From assembly GCF_009914755.1 (NCBI RefSeq), contig NC_060926.1: 64,000 nt of DNA; one strand, 5' to 3'. A program made the position numbers and the translations under genes. Of this stretch, positions 39,630 through 52,969 are shown piece by piece. The first letter of the stretch is position 1. The number at the start of each line of letters is the position of its first letter. This DNA comes from the human T2T-CHM13v2.0 reference genome, Homo sapiens. The notes beneath the pieces were generated by a model. That model was not told the DNA's origin, did not search any database, and saw only the letters and a list, made by a program, of their open reading frames with translations.

Positions 39630-40800
39630 GCCACACAAACCATTCTCTTTATGGGCCTCAGACCTTAAATCATCACCATTTAAGATAACTTTCAAGAAAT
39701 TAGAGTCGAATGTGAATATTATTACTGTACAGATATTTGGCTTAATAGGAAAATTCTGAAAACATTTTAATGAGTTTCAAGTACATTTGCCTTTTTTTTT
39801 CTCTCTCTCTCTCTGAGAAAAAAAAAAAATCCATCTCTTAAGGCCTACTTGACCCTGTGAGTAAAGCAAAAATTTCAGTATGCAACCTGGAAATCATTGT
39901 AATGGCCACAGCAGTGAAGTAGGGAAGGAAGCAAAATATAAAAATATAAAACAAAACTATGATCTTTCTTAGAGAAGTTATGTTTCCACTCTGGAAGGAG
40001 AGGCTATAAGATTTCAAATATTTGAGGAAGAACTTCTGTTGGCTATAGGTAAGGGTAGAGAAGTCTTTTTTTTTTTTCTTTAATCACTCTGCGATCAGAA
40101 GTCAGCTATGTTTAAAAACAACTTTCAGAGGTTACATTCTGTTAAATAATTTCAAAGTTTAGATAGATTTACAGAGGTAATAAATCCAGGTAATACATTG
40201 TAATGATGTATCCAGGTAATACAGAGGTAATAAATATAGGTAACATCAATAGTATAGACCTTGCCAAAGTTACCTAGTTGGCTTGAGGACAAAGAAAGAA
40301 AATGCTGGCACATGAATTCAACCTGAAGGATTTTAAGGAATTTTCTTATTCCTTGAAGAAAGCCTACTTCTATCTGCAGTGTGAGCCATGAGAACTCTGA
40401 TACTCTTTGCTTATCCTCATCTTTGTGAGTCAGAGCTTTCAGTATTTGTTGGTATCAAAACAAAAAGTCAGAATCAGCCGGATGTCAAAGTTGACATCTC
40501 ATTGAAATTTACTTCTGAACCACAGAATGGGTTATATTCTGTTTATTTTGTACAGCTTGGGTTTATTCACCCTATTTGAGGAAGAAGGCATTTATTTTTG
40601 CATGAAAAATGAGAAGTATAATATTTGTGAAAATTATTATGGCCAATATATGTGAAGGAAATATATTCCCAATGCAAAAATAAGTTGTGTGAAAAAAATT
40701 GCTAGCATATGATTATGTGCATTTTTCTGTAAAGGAAATTTATAGATTTTTATCAAATTCTCAAAAAGTCCTGAGAGTAAAAATGTGTTGAACAGATTAC
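39630..40800 (+). mobile_element. hAT-Charlie autonomous transposon fossil (transposase remnant plus 3' end)
   Basis: ORF 40388-40579 LILFAYPHLCESELSVFVGIKTKSQNQPDV resembles the hAT dimerisation motif LLPFxTTYLCExGFS...KTKYRNRLD; ~39700-39770 YYCTDIWLNRKILK resembles YHTEVRWLSRGKVLK; Charlie-like terminus tgcatttttctg...tcaaattctcaaaaagtc. Confidence 0.7.
39889..40078 (+). repeat. Local direct duplication, copy B
   Basis: Colinear with 37773-37960. Confidence 0.92.
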
Positions 40801-40843
40801 CTGTTGGGAAACTATTCTGAATAGTTTAAAAATATATTGAATA

Positions 40844-41385
<542 letters not shown>

Positions 41386-41504
41386 TTAGGAAATGTCAAG
41401 GGTTAGGGCACTATGTATCCAATATCTCAAATAAATGAAACCAATCAACTTTCTATGAAGAAAAATATTTTTTCCAAGCTACATTTGAATTTGAAAGTAC
41501 ATCC

Positions 41505-41652
41505 TTCATTAATCAGACAAAGAATCACCTAGAAATTCTTAAGATGCAGATTCTGATTTTGCAGGTGTGAGTGGGGCCTGAGATTCTGCATGTTTAACAA
41601 GCTCACAGGTGAAGTCCCTGTTGCTGCTAGGTCCTGTATTGAGTAGCAAGGC
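41505..41652. mobile_element. MER5A-type hAT MITE
   Basis: agaatcacct...tgcagattctgatt...gtggggcctgagattctgcatgtttaacaagctc. Confidence 0.8.
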
Positions 41653-42650
41653 CTATGGCTAACAGTAAATGTTGTGGTGGGCAAAGAATATGTTGCACCG
41701 TGTTTTTCTCATGGTGCAATGTATTCTTTGTCTTGCTGATTTATCTTGTCTTGGTGCTTGGTTGACTTTATTGCCTAATGCCTACAGCAAGCATCAGTAA
41801 TTTATATCTACATTAATGCAATGAATGGCCTACTAACTGTTCTCCCTGCACCATTATTGTGCCTTTTCCAAAAATAAATTACTATTACTATTATTGTTAT
41901 TGTTTTTATTCATGCTGTGTGCCAGGTACTCTTTTAAACACCTTGTAAGTATTGACTCATTAATTCCTTCTACTGTCACATTAATCAACTTCCAAAATAT
42001 TATTCATATCCTATTACTCTTATCCTCTGAACTTGTCAGTAGTTGCTATAGTTATTTTAGACCTGGTGCAGATTTTTCCCTTGGACTTTCCCAGTCATCT
42101 CCATTATTCTAGACTCAGCTTCCTAAGTGAGACAAATTTCAAGTGACATAAATTTGCAAGTACTCATTGCCGGCCTCACCAATTCAAACTGACTTCTTTA
42201 GAATTTGAGACCTTCTATTATATTATTTGTCAATGACTCAATCTCATTTAACATAATTTCCCAAATTTAACCTATGCTTAATACAGATAAATCACCTTAG
42301 AAGTGCATGAGTGTGTCAGCAGTATTTTAACCTCCATACTTTTCCTGAAGCTATGAACTCAAGCTGCTTTACTCCACCCTCTCCATTAAACACATTCTAT
42401 CCATTCTCTAAGTCCTCACTTAAGTTACACTGGTGTTGTGCCACTCTTTTCTGAAAGATCTTGTTTCCTTCTGAACTGGTGAAGTATGTCCAACCCAAGT
42501 CAAGGATTTTCTTGACTTGCCTTCGCAACTAGTTCATGAGAAAAATACCTGCCTTAAACCACTTGAACACAGACCCCTAAGCCCTACAGATATTCGAATT
42601 CTGATACCCCCATTGCAGGTATTGCTGGGACTCAATCAAGATGGTGTTCC

Positions 42651-43370
42651 CTACCATGTGACTCAGCAATTCCTCTTCTGTTCTGAGCATATACCCAAAG
42701 GAAATTAAATCACCACCTTGTAAAGACATATGCCCTCCCATGTTTATTGCAGGATTATTCACAATAGGCAAGATGTGGAAACTTCCTCAATGCCTATCTA
42801 CATGTATAAACTGTTTTACCGATATAGATAGATAGATAGATGATAGATAGATAGATAGATAGATAGCAACAGAATATTATACAGTCCTAAAAAATATAAG
42901 ATCTTGCCATTTGCCATATCATGGATGAGCCTGGAGGATATTATGCTTAGTGGAGTAAACCAGACACAGAAAGAAAATTGCATGATTTCACTTAAATGTG
43001 AAATCTGAAAAAAATTCAGATATACAGAGATAGAAAACTATGGTTACAGGATAGGGTGGGGGTTGGGCAGGAAATGAGGAGATACAGGTCAGAGGATACA
43101 AAGCAGCAGATTCTGTAAGATGAACAAGTCTAGAGACCTAATACATATCAGGAGGGCTATGGGTTATAAAATTTTACTACAGATGGGGTCCATACTAAAT
43201 GAGTAGATTTTAGATGCTCTAGTCACAGAAACAAACAAAAAAATGGGTAACTGTGAGATGATGAATATGTTAAATTGCTTCATTATAATAACCTTTTTAC
43301 TATCTGCATGTATTCCATAACATCATGTTGTATTCCTAAATATATACAATAAAATTTATTCTTTTAAAAA
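42651..43370 (+). mobile_element. L1MA (L1MA6/7-like) 3' fragment
   Basis: ORF2 C-terminal and 3' UTR motifs (catgtttattgcaggattattcacaataggcaagatgtggaa; atggatgagcctggagga; aataaa at 43348-43353). Confidence 0.85.
42821..42866 (+). repeat. (GATA)n tetranucleotide STR
   Basis: Directly visible; one GAT interruption. Confidence 0.95.
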
Positions 43371-45733
43371 GACACCAAGTCTTAAATCATAACACATTAT
43401 TACTAAGGCTGAGCAAATTAGCCAATTGACCCTTCTAAAAATAAATTACTTATTAAGGTCTAAAAAAAGATGGTGTTTTCCCTTAATGCAGTAAATCTTA
43501 ATACATTGAGTTTTTCTTGATTAGCAGCTTTCTAGGGATAATTTAGGGGGCTCAACATCTGAACATATGGACAGGGCTTTCTTACGCTCTGTTCATGTAC
43601 TGAACACTGGTAGATACAGAGAGATGTACTTCATAGAGGAAGGAAGGCAGGAAGGCAAGACTTCCATGTGAAGATGAAAAAAAAAACCAAAGAAAAAAAG
43701 AAAGAAAGCAATAGTCCTGGGTGTCATTTGTTAGACAAATTTCATGGTGTGAGCCATCATTGTGTAACAGCATGTGCTATTAAGAGCTAAGGTTTAGGAA
43801 GAATCTAGTTGTGACTTGGAACTTCTCTTTTAATTATACACACAATTATTAGCCACCTTCTGGGACATACATTTTCAAATTGATAAGTCTTTTTCCTGGA
43901 ATTTTAAGGTAATTATTCTTAAATTGTAGCATAACTCTCTAAGGAAACTAGGATCCACAGGAAGATCTCCCAGAGGTGCAATGAAGAAACACCTCTGGAT
44001 TGGGTTCTGTCCCGTGGGAGTGGCTAAGGGGTTTGCAGTGTTGACGTGATGGGTCATCTACTGATACCTAGAATTCTGTAGAGTGAATTCATGTCTAGTT
44101 AGTGTCCGTATCACTGATTATTCCCAATTACATCCTTGTGAATCACTGGTGATAACCACGTGGATTATCCTTATATTATGACCTGAAAATTAAAGAGAGA
44201 ATAAGGCTTATAATTAAGGAAACTAGCAGACTCAGAAAATGATACATATGGGAAACCAACAATTCTACACTCAAACTTTGAATGGAAAAAGTTCTTAATG
44301 ATGCTATTAGGAAAACCTTAGATTTATCACTAGAGAACAAATTATAAAGCATCTTGCATTACTGTATTATGAGGGAAAAAAAAGCCTATTTAGGCAATAG
44401 GCTAAGTCCCATCCACAAAACCAGTAAGCAGGAGGGTAACAGCCTTTCTGCACTTGGCCTTTGTCATACGGCATAGCAGGAGACACTGCAGTATGTGCTG
44501 GGTGGAAATCTCCATCCACTGTGGGTGAGTACTATGCCTTGGAGAGTATACTATTCTATGAAAACATGACAAAGGACCCTTATCTAGAGGCAAGATACCT
44601 GGATTGTGTTCTCTCCTTTGTTTTCTATGATATCTTTCTGCTGCCCTTATTACAACATTCATTGTTATGTAATAACAACAACTCTTATGTAGTTGCTTAT
44701 TTATTCCAACTCGATTCTGAGTTACCTAAGGTAGAGACCTTCTTTTTACATTGCTACATTCAAATACTTCACAAAGTGTCTGGTATTTATAGATTCTCAG
44801 TCATATTTATTACACAAATAAACATAATCCTAACTCAACATTGGCTTTTCCTTGGCTTACTTCACAGCCTTAGGATTTCCAAAGATACTTCATGAAATAT
44901 CTGGAAGATTTTATAGCCACTTTTTTCCTAATTACTAATAATACAACTCTTGCTTAGGCCTGGAAATTTCCATTGCAGGGGCTTATTCAAAACATCTCAT
45001 TTCCCTATAGTGCACAAAATATGGAACTATATAATGCCATCACAATATTTCGGGAAAACAATAAAAATTGTTCTTCTAATAGTTGGTCATAAATTAAATA
45101 ATAAATCAATATATAATGAATAAGATAGAGATATGCAAATATACCTTTAAAAAAAACTTCCAATTAAATTCTCTTATAAGGGTAACTAAATACATTGACA
45201 TAGCTAAGAAAGACAACATTTGCTAGAAGGAGTATTGGTCCCCAAAGTGTGCTTCATGTTAATGTGACCCAGAATTATTTTCTGAAGTTCTATGACTTAC
45301 TTGGATAGTTCTGTGATTGTCAACTGGCTTCCAGTGCAGGACTTTCTACTGAAAGAAGCTGACAATTTCCACAGAAGTTCTGACTTCTCTCTGACCATGC
45401 TACTTCTCAGTACATCACTGGGCTCCTTGTTTAGATATACGTCCTCAATAGCTTCTTATTGTGATGTCTCTGAAACACTGAACTGTTTTCAGTGGTGAAA
45501 TCAGGGTTCTTAGCCTACAAATATGAAGCCCATGTAGGTCACTCTCCACTCCGAATTCTTTTACATCATCACTTTCCTCTTCAATATCACCATTTTCCTC
45601 AAATGCTTTAACCTTTACCCTGTTACCTTCCAGTTTACAGAAAAAAATAGAACTGCTTTATCTCCTCTATTTCAAACTCATCAATTCAATTTATCTATAT
45701 TTTTATACCCATTTTTTCATCCTTCCCTATGGT

Positions 45734-45820
45734 ATCTATCTATCTATCTATGCATGCATGTGTGTGTGTGTGTATGTATCCATCACTCTCATATATATGT
45801 GTGTATATATATATATAAAA
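45734..45820. repeat. Compound (TATC)/(TG)/(TA) microsatellite
   Basis: Directly visible. Confidence 0.85.
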
Positions 45821-46004
45821 TCTTTGTATGAGTATAAACATGTGTATCTATGCATCATGTATGTCTCCGTGTATGTATGCCTGTGTGTATCAATTATCCT
45901 TCTACTCCTTTAAGAGTAAATGCTTTCACTGTGCTTTTAATTCCATTCTATCCCTTTTAACTGGCTCCTTTGTGTTACCAAATTTCCATTCAACAAATTT
46001 TAAT

Positions 46005-46380
46005 AAAATGCTTACTATATTACAGGTAATATTCAGCGTCACAGATTTCCTCTTATTCGCATTACAACCTTTCAAGGTCAGCATTCCTATCTCAAATTTT
46101 CAGAGAAGGAAATAGTCACAGCAAGATTAAGAACAAGACAGATGGTAAGTGGCACAGCTGAGATTTGAAACCAGGCCTTTCTAACTCCATAACACATTTT
46201 TCTTGTTTGTTTATCTCTTGTATGGCTTTTTTCCTCCATTAGAATATCAGCTCTATGATAAATGGGCTATAGTCTATATTGTGAATGACTGTATTCTCAA
46301 ATCTTAGAATAGCGACTGGCACATAATATGTTTTCCATTAAGCATAGCTGAATAAATTTATGGATGAATAAGTGAATTCC
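46005..46380. mobile_element. MIR (minus) followed by an L2 3' end (plus)
   Basis: gtaagtggcacagctgagatttgaaaccagg; ccattagaatatcagctctatg...ctggcacataatatg...gaataagtgaa. Confidence 0.65.
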
Positions 46381-47199
46381 CCTTCTACTCTCAAGGATAC
46401 AGAGGCTGAGGATCTCTTCCTTTGATCCTTTTGTCCTCTATAACCTGAGGTTCCCACTCTACCCATTACCTTGTAAATGACATGATTCTTCCTTTTTCTT
46501 TGGAGTTAACTTGGCCAAAATATGGCTGTTTTTCATTGATAGTTTTCCTCTTATCTCCAATAATTTCTTATCTTGAAAAATTCTGGTCATTTCTGACATA
46601 TCCTGGTGCAGAAGGCTGAAGGCGGACAATTTGGTGCCATTTTCAGCCTCTCCCTGACTTTGTTGTTTCAATCACCCCCAGGCCAATTCTAATGTATCTT
46701 TTGCCTCATGGGCACATATTACCCCGGTTTTCAGTATTTAGTAGCTTGGTGTATCTTAAATCAAAGTTCTTTAACTAACAGAATCTCTGTGTTCAACTAA
46801 CTTCCTCACCATATTTTCTTCTAAGCAAATAGGTTATATTTTTGAGGATAGAAATATCCAGTAGGCATGCTTTCTTCTTATGCCTTCTTCCTCTACCGCC
46901 AAGAGCTATGGAGCTGTTTCCACAGGACTATTTTCCACCTCTTCCTTACCTCCTCCCTGATTCTAGATCTCATAACACTAATCAATAGATTATTAGATAT
47001 GTTTTTAGGGAAATTTCTAAGCTGCCGGAAGTCTGCAATCCCATCTTTCCTTTTATTATGCTGCTTTTTGGGGTCAGATTCATGGATTAGCATATTGTTT
47101 TAAATGCTTGATCTGTAGCAATTTGCACCATGGAATTTGGTACCACCGTCCCAATCGTCTTATTCATGACTTTTTGCATTGTATCTAGTAGCTAATATA

Positions 47200-47350
47200 A
47201 ATTGTAAGAAATGTTTGTTGTTGTTGCTGCTGCCATTTTTAAAATACAGAATCCCAGGCCCTACTCTTGGAGAGCCTGACCACAGGCCTGAAGTTGCATC
47301 TAAAAAGGCACATTTTTAAATGTTCTCTAAGTGATTCTGATGGATGTCTT
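47200..47350. mobile_element. MER5B-like fragment
   Basis: taaaatacagaatcccaggccctac...tttttaaatgttctctaagtgattctgat. Confidence 0.55.
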
Positions 47351-48996
47351 TTCTCAGCAACACCTTGCTACTGAGATAAATGTTCTTCACAGAGATGAGC
47401 AAAAAGGAGAAGGGGTTTTTTACTGCTATCTTAGTTAGAAAGTAAATTCTTACAGGGGCAGAGACTTGGCTTTATTTGTCTTCCTTTCCAACACATTGCT
47501 TGTGAAATAATAGTTAAACATCTCATCAAAGCTTTCATGAATTTACTGAGGCCCAGGTTTCTGTATAAATAAAGAGAAAGGCTGGAAGGTAACAAGTTAA
47601 GTCAGTTTTCACCTAAACATAAATGAGGTAGAGGAAGAGAATGCAGGATCTGTCCTTGGAGATTTGAAGGACTTAAATGTTTAGCACTAACATATTGAAC
47701 CTAATTCTTAGCTTCAGAGGTAGTGAGGGCAATCACCCAAGAGATCAATGCTTGCTCTCCCCTGAGGATGAATACACTCCTGCCTTTCCTATTCCATACC
47801 CCAAACCTTATTTCTGACCAACTGCCCAAGACAGAGAATAGTTGTTATTTTGTTCTTCTCCTTTTGCCGTGAAAAATTCATTTAGGACATAACATCATAA
47901 TTCTCCACTCCCACTCATTTTTCTTCCATTGTGAAAATCAATAACCTATGGGGCTGGATTTTATGAAAGCTGCAGCAGTTAGAAGAAAATAAAGAAATGA
48001 ATCTTTTGATTCATTATATTTCCCACACCCACCTTCTTACTGCCTTTGTGCCAGACAGAAGATACTCAGGAAACATTAGGTATGGATGCCATATGTCTGG
48101 GCAGTGTGCATGACAGAACAGACAAAAAGCAGATCCACCAAAGGAAAGAGAGAAACAGAGATACAGAGACAGAAAGAGCCAGCCATGGACTCAGATGCCT
48201 GAGTTCTGATTACAATGCTTGTTCCATGAGTAGATGCCAACCATTAAATATATGTTGACTAAGTGGCTGCTAACTAACTTAATAAATGAATTAATGAATT
48301 AATATAGAAATAGATATTTGGCAGTAAATGATAGAATTCCAGCTTCAAATATACTAGAACCACACCAGAAATCTCTAACTTTTATGTTAATGGTCTAGAG
48401 AGAAATTTTACTTCTCTTATCATAGGGTGCTGTGATCAAAACAGTTTTGAAGTTTCCTTAACCTGGCAGAGGTGTGTAGGATGTATTGGACTATGTTATA
48501 ATAACAACAAGCAGTCCCATTTGGAGAATAGTATTGTGCTCTAGGCATGTGATGAAGACGGGCCCTAGTTTAAGGATTATAATGATGAGAAAGGGGCAGT
48601 AAGAGGCAGTATATTAGAAAACAAAATGAGAGGGTTTAGAAAAAGATTAGAATCTGAGATGAAAGACAATGAAGAATCTTGTAGGAAGACGCTTTCCTAC
48701 AATTCAAGAAGTTATTATCCCTTCTAGGATAAAATTTCCATATGGTTAATTACTACCTTCTCTGGATTTTTAGTATAATTTGTACATGTTTTGTGTAGAG
48801 TTTTCATTGTAGGTTTAATTTCTATTTATTTGCTTTTATCTTTCTTTATACTGAATTGCCGGCTTTGGGGGGAATGTTATCTAGTCACAAACAAACAAGA
48901 ACCAGTGCACTGGTTCCAGGTAGGGGTCCTAGGAGTCTGGGTTAGTTATTAAGGAGGGACAAGGCTTGTTTGGTGTCTGTCAAGTGTTTCAAAAAT

Positions 48997-49292
48997 GGAG
49001 ACAGATTGATTAGAGGGTAAAAATATGCAGTTTGGTGAAGAAGGTAAGACCTAGTATTTGATTTGATAGATCAGTAGGGTGACTATGGTTTACAATAATC
49101 TATTCTATATTGCAAAATAGCTAGAAGAGAATAATTAAAATGTCTCTACTATAAAGAGTAAAACAAATATGTAAGGTGATGGATATCCCAATTACCCTGA
49201 TTTGATCTTTACAAGTTATATTAGTATATTAAATTATTATATGTATCTCTAAAATGTGTTCATCTATTATCTATCAGTAAAAAATAAAATAA
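48997..49292 (+). mobile_element. L1MA (L1MA4A-like) 3' end
   Basis: gatagatcagtagggtgactatggtttacaataat; gtgatggatatcccaattaccctgatttgatc; A-rich tail. Confidence 0.85.
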
Positions 49293-50468
49293 GAATGAAA
49301 AGCCAAAAGACAAGTTACAAGGATAAGTCACAATTTAGAACTAAGCATTAGAATCCAATGGAAACACCACTGCAGAATCAGGGTGAACAAAAGATAGAAG
49401 GGCTCTGTAAATAATAATGATCATATATTTTAAGCATATATGGTATGTGCCAACACCAAACTAAATACTTTCACTGGTTAATTCGTCCATCCATACCAAG
49501 AAAAATATATTCAAATAAGCAAGCCTAAGTCACAACTTTTATTTTACCACTTCTGTGTATCTCCTGTCTCTCCTAAAGCCTATTAAAGTTACCATAAAGA
49601 CACTTGAAAATATGTCAAAGAGAAACACAATGAATAAAAAAGAATGCAGCAAAAGGAAATACTTTCTCCATTTTTTGCAATTATGGGAAGAGGTTATGAT
49701 CTAAGTAGCTAATTCCAGAAATCTCTGTTCTTCCCCATCATGGTATGTTGTCATTATAGAACCAGAAGTGATTACATTGAGTGCTAAGAAATGGACTCAA
49801 AGGTGTTTTCAAGTGATTCTGCTAAAGTTAAACCTGAAGTAGCATATTAGAGGGGAGATTGGGGGTTGCCCCATGTAACCCCAAGTTCATTTTTTTAACT
49901 TCATATTGAGTATTTATTGTGTATATTTTAGATGTAGTCACACATATTCCTGAAGACATTCAGTTCTAATTGAACTGTCAGAAATATAAAATCAGGGTTT
50001 GCATGCAGAGTGGTGAGATCCATGAAAAAGGAATCTGTGAATGTGATAGGAGCCCAGAAAAAAACCATCTAATCAGACTGGGAAGGCCATTGATAATCAT
50101 GAGGATCTGATTTTTGAGCCAATTCTGAAATGGCCTAAGTGAGTTAAACAAAGCCCATGAACAAAGAATACCTCAGAGACATTGGCAGAATGGCAGATTT
50201 GGGAAAGTACAAATAGTTTGTTCTTTTGCAGACTGAGAAGTTTCTCCTTCATCATTGTTGATAAAATCATAACATCTATAGCAGGCCACCAATGGAGTGG
50301 GAGACAAGTTGTTCAATTGACTATATCATTAGTGTAATTGTTAAGATAGATAATTTTGCCTTAACTGCTATGCTGAAGCCATAAAAAGGATGTCATTTTA
50401 TTAAAACAATGTCATTTTCCAAGATGAAGAACTACATTAATTCTGTTGCATTTAGTAACACACAATGT

Positions 50469-51207
50469 TGTTACCGTAACACCAGTGGTTCAGTCTAAGA
50501 CCCATTGCTCATCACAGAAAAAGCCAATCACTGAGACAATGAATATCACCAGGGAAGAAAGGCTTTATTCAGGAGATGTCAGCTGGAGAGACCGGAGCCA
50601 AACCTCAAATCCCTCTCTCCTCCGCGACCAAAGTTAGGGAGTTATATAGCAGGGAAGGAATGTAGCTATGTGCAGGACTGTTCAGTAAGAAGCAGGTGAC
50701 ACTTTGGGAGGCCAAGGAGGATGAATCACCTGAGGTCAGGAGTTCAAGACCAGCCTGGGCAACATGGTGAAACCCTGTCTCTACTAAAATTACAAACATT
50801 AGTTGGGCGTGGTGGCATGTTCCTGTAATCCCAGCTACATGGGAGGCTGAGGCAGGAGTAACTCTTGAACCCGGGAGTCAGAGTTTGCAGCAAGCCAAGA
50901 TTGCACCACTGCACTCCAGCCTGGGTGACAGAGTGAGACTCTGTGTCAAAAAATAAAAAAGAAGCAGGTGATTGGTTAGGCAGTTATGAGGGGTGAGGGA
51001 TCCAGAGTCTCATTGTACAAAAGCGGTGATGCAATGGGCTTCAGTTCCTTGATACTATCAGAGAGGCCTGTGGGTCAGTTTCCTCTGAAAAGAACTCAGA
51101 GAAGACAAATGTAAGTTTCAAGCTTTAAGACTGAGAGGGGCGATTTTTATGTTTATTTTTAAAAAGAACATAAACATCAGTTCTATGGGGAAATTGAACC
51201 AGTTTCA
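50469..51207 (-). mobile_element. ERV1 solo LTR (MER39/MER34 group), split by an Alu
   Basis: Minus strand begins tgaaactggttcaatttccccatagaactgatgtttatg; TG..CA ends; 4-bp TSD ATGT at 50465-50468 and 51208-51211. Confidence 0.85.
50700..50958 (+). mobile_element. 5'-truncated AluSx-type SINE
   Basis: Starts at cactttgggagg; 13-bp TSD aagaagcaggtga at 50687-50699 and 50959-50971. Confidence 0.97.
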
Positions 51208-52969
51208 ATGTTTCTAGTAAATAACCCCCAAAACAGTTGTACAACTTTTGCCCTAATCCCAAAGCATTCCTTTGTTTCATGGTGAGTTTTGGTTTCTCAG
51301 TCTTTTGTGTTATGATATTCCTCAAATTATTTGTGAGAGGCATTCACTTGAGTCTACCTGTAATATTAGTTCTATCACCCATTGAATATTTTTTCTAAGT
51401 GAGTGTCCTCATCCTCCAAATTTTTATCCTTGGGAATGAGGTACAATTTTCTCTGAATGATAGTGACTTTTTGGGTGAGAAAATGAGACAGACTTGGTCC
51501 ACGTAAAAAGGAAATGCCTTTTTATTCTACTTCTTGAAACTTCTTCCCTTCTCCAAGCTCCTGTATGACCACTGCAGCCTCCACTTTGAATCACTAACAT
51601 GCTCATAATTTGGCAATGAGTCCAAATATCTAGGCTTTTACAGATTTGATTAACATAGGTCTGCAGAAATGATTATTTTAAAAAACATATAAAAATACAT
51701 TGCCTTCATGTGGTTGTGATTTTGTACATTTTGCCGTGAACTTCATTCCTAACAAGTAAGGCAGGAACTTCAAGTTCAATGACCATCCAGTATAGCAGGA
51801 AGAAAAACAGTGGATTATGTTGGCATGCAATTACGGAAACAACAGTAAGTATGAAAGTTAGTAAACCTGGAGAGAAGCTGCTAAGTACTCACTTCCCCAA
51901 GTCTCAGTTCCAGGCTGGTTGAAGCAGAATGTTTTTGAAAATCTAGACATTACATCATGATTCCCCATTCTCTCTCTCATTCTAATAATTGTGTTAGGAT
52001 TTTCCTTTTTATAAACACAAGCCCTCAGACTTTGGGGTTAACCACAGTATGATTTAACAAGGGTAAAATAGAAAGAGATAAATAACATATTTTTCCTCTC
52101 ATCTAGTATATCAAATTTTGATAATTTTGTAGACTTTTTCTATATTTGTCATCTATACACAAATTATCTGCAATACACTATTTGGAATATCAAAAAATTA
52201 GAAATCCCTATCACCCCAAAAAATAATTTGTTAGAAAAAGCAGAGACTTCTCAGAAAAAGAGAAAAGTTAAATCTATCTTTTGCATTTACTAAACATGTT
52301 CCTTTCTTCCACACCCTCATGCTGTTATCATTGTCAGGTGGTTGCATTCCAGGTTGAGGAGGCAGTTGTAAATATTAGCTATTAGATGATTTGAAAAGTT
52401 ACTGTAAATACAAAGTGTTTGGTTAAGGCTAACTTTGTTGTATTTAAATTTTTAAAGACCAAAAAATAAAAATAGTACCTAAGTCATATATTTTCATGTC
52501 TGGAGGATGACTCATATGTCACTTAGTTTCACCTTCTACTATTATCCCTGATAACTCACTAGTACCCCTAGCTAGTCTTAGCATTCTGCAGTGATGAGAA
52601 ACCCCATCCCCATTAAGGAGGTGCAGTGAAAGTGGTTTTAAATTGCACAGTATTTTGTTTCTCCTTTCTTGACACTGAGTTTATTCAGTCATTCATCAGA
52701 CCTTGATTAGTGCCTCTTCAGCAGCAGGGCTTTCTCTTAGCATGAGAATTCAAACCTAATGAGTTTTAACTAATAGATGGTTCCATGACAGTTTCAACAT
52801 TGACAACACTTCCTGTCTACATCTACCTCTTCTGTACAAGGGTCTTAATGGTTTTTAGCCATGAAGAATCTTCTGTCTAAAGAGATCTCAAGCTCAGAGT
52901 AATATCATAGGATTGAGATTAAAGCAATCTCTACCATAATACACTTCAAGACATATTCATTCAATAGAA

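Noticed and set aside
44461-44895. 144-aa ORF, and a TGG|GTGAGT donor near 44524
   Set aside because: Non-ATG start, runs into an L2 remnant, no domain; the upstream acceptor is weak
48679-48702. Short 8-9 bp hairpins (also ~21828-21851 and ~43970-43998)
   Set aside because: Expected by chance in 64 kb; no supporting context
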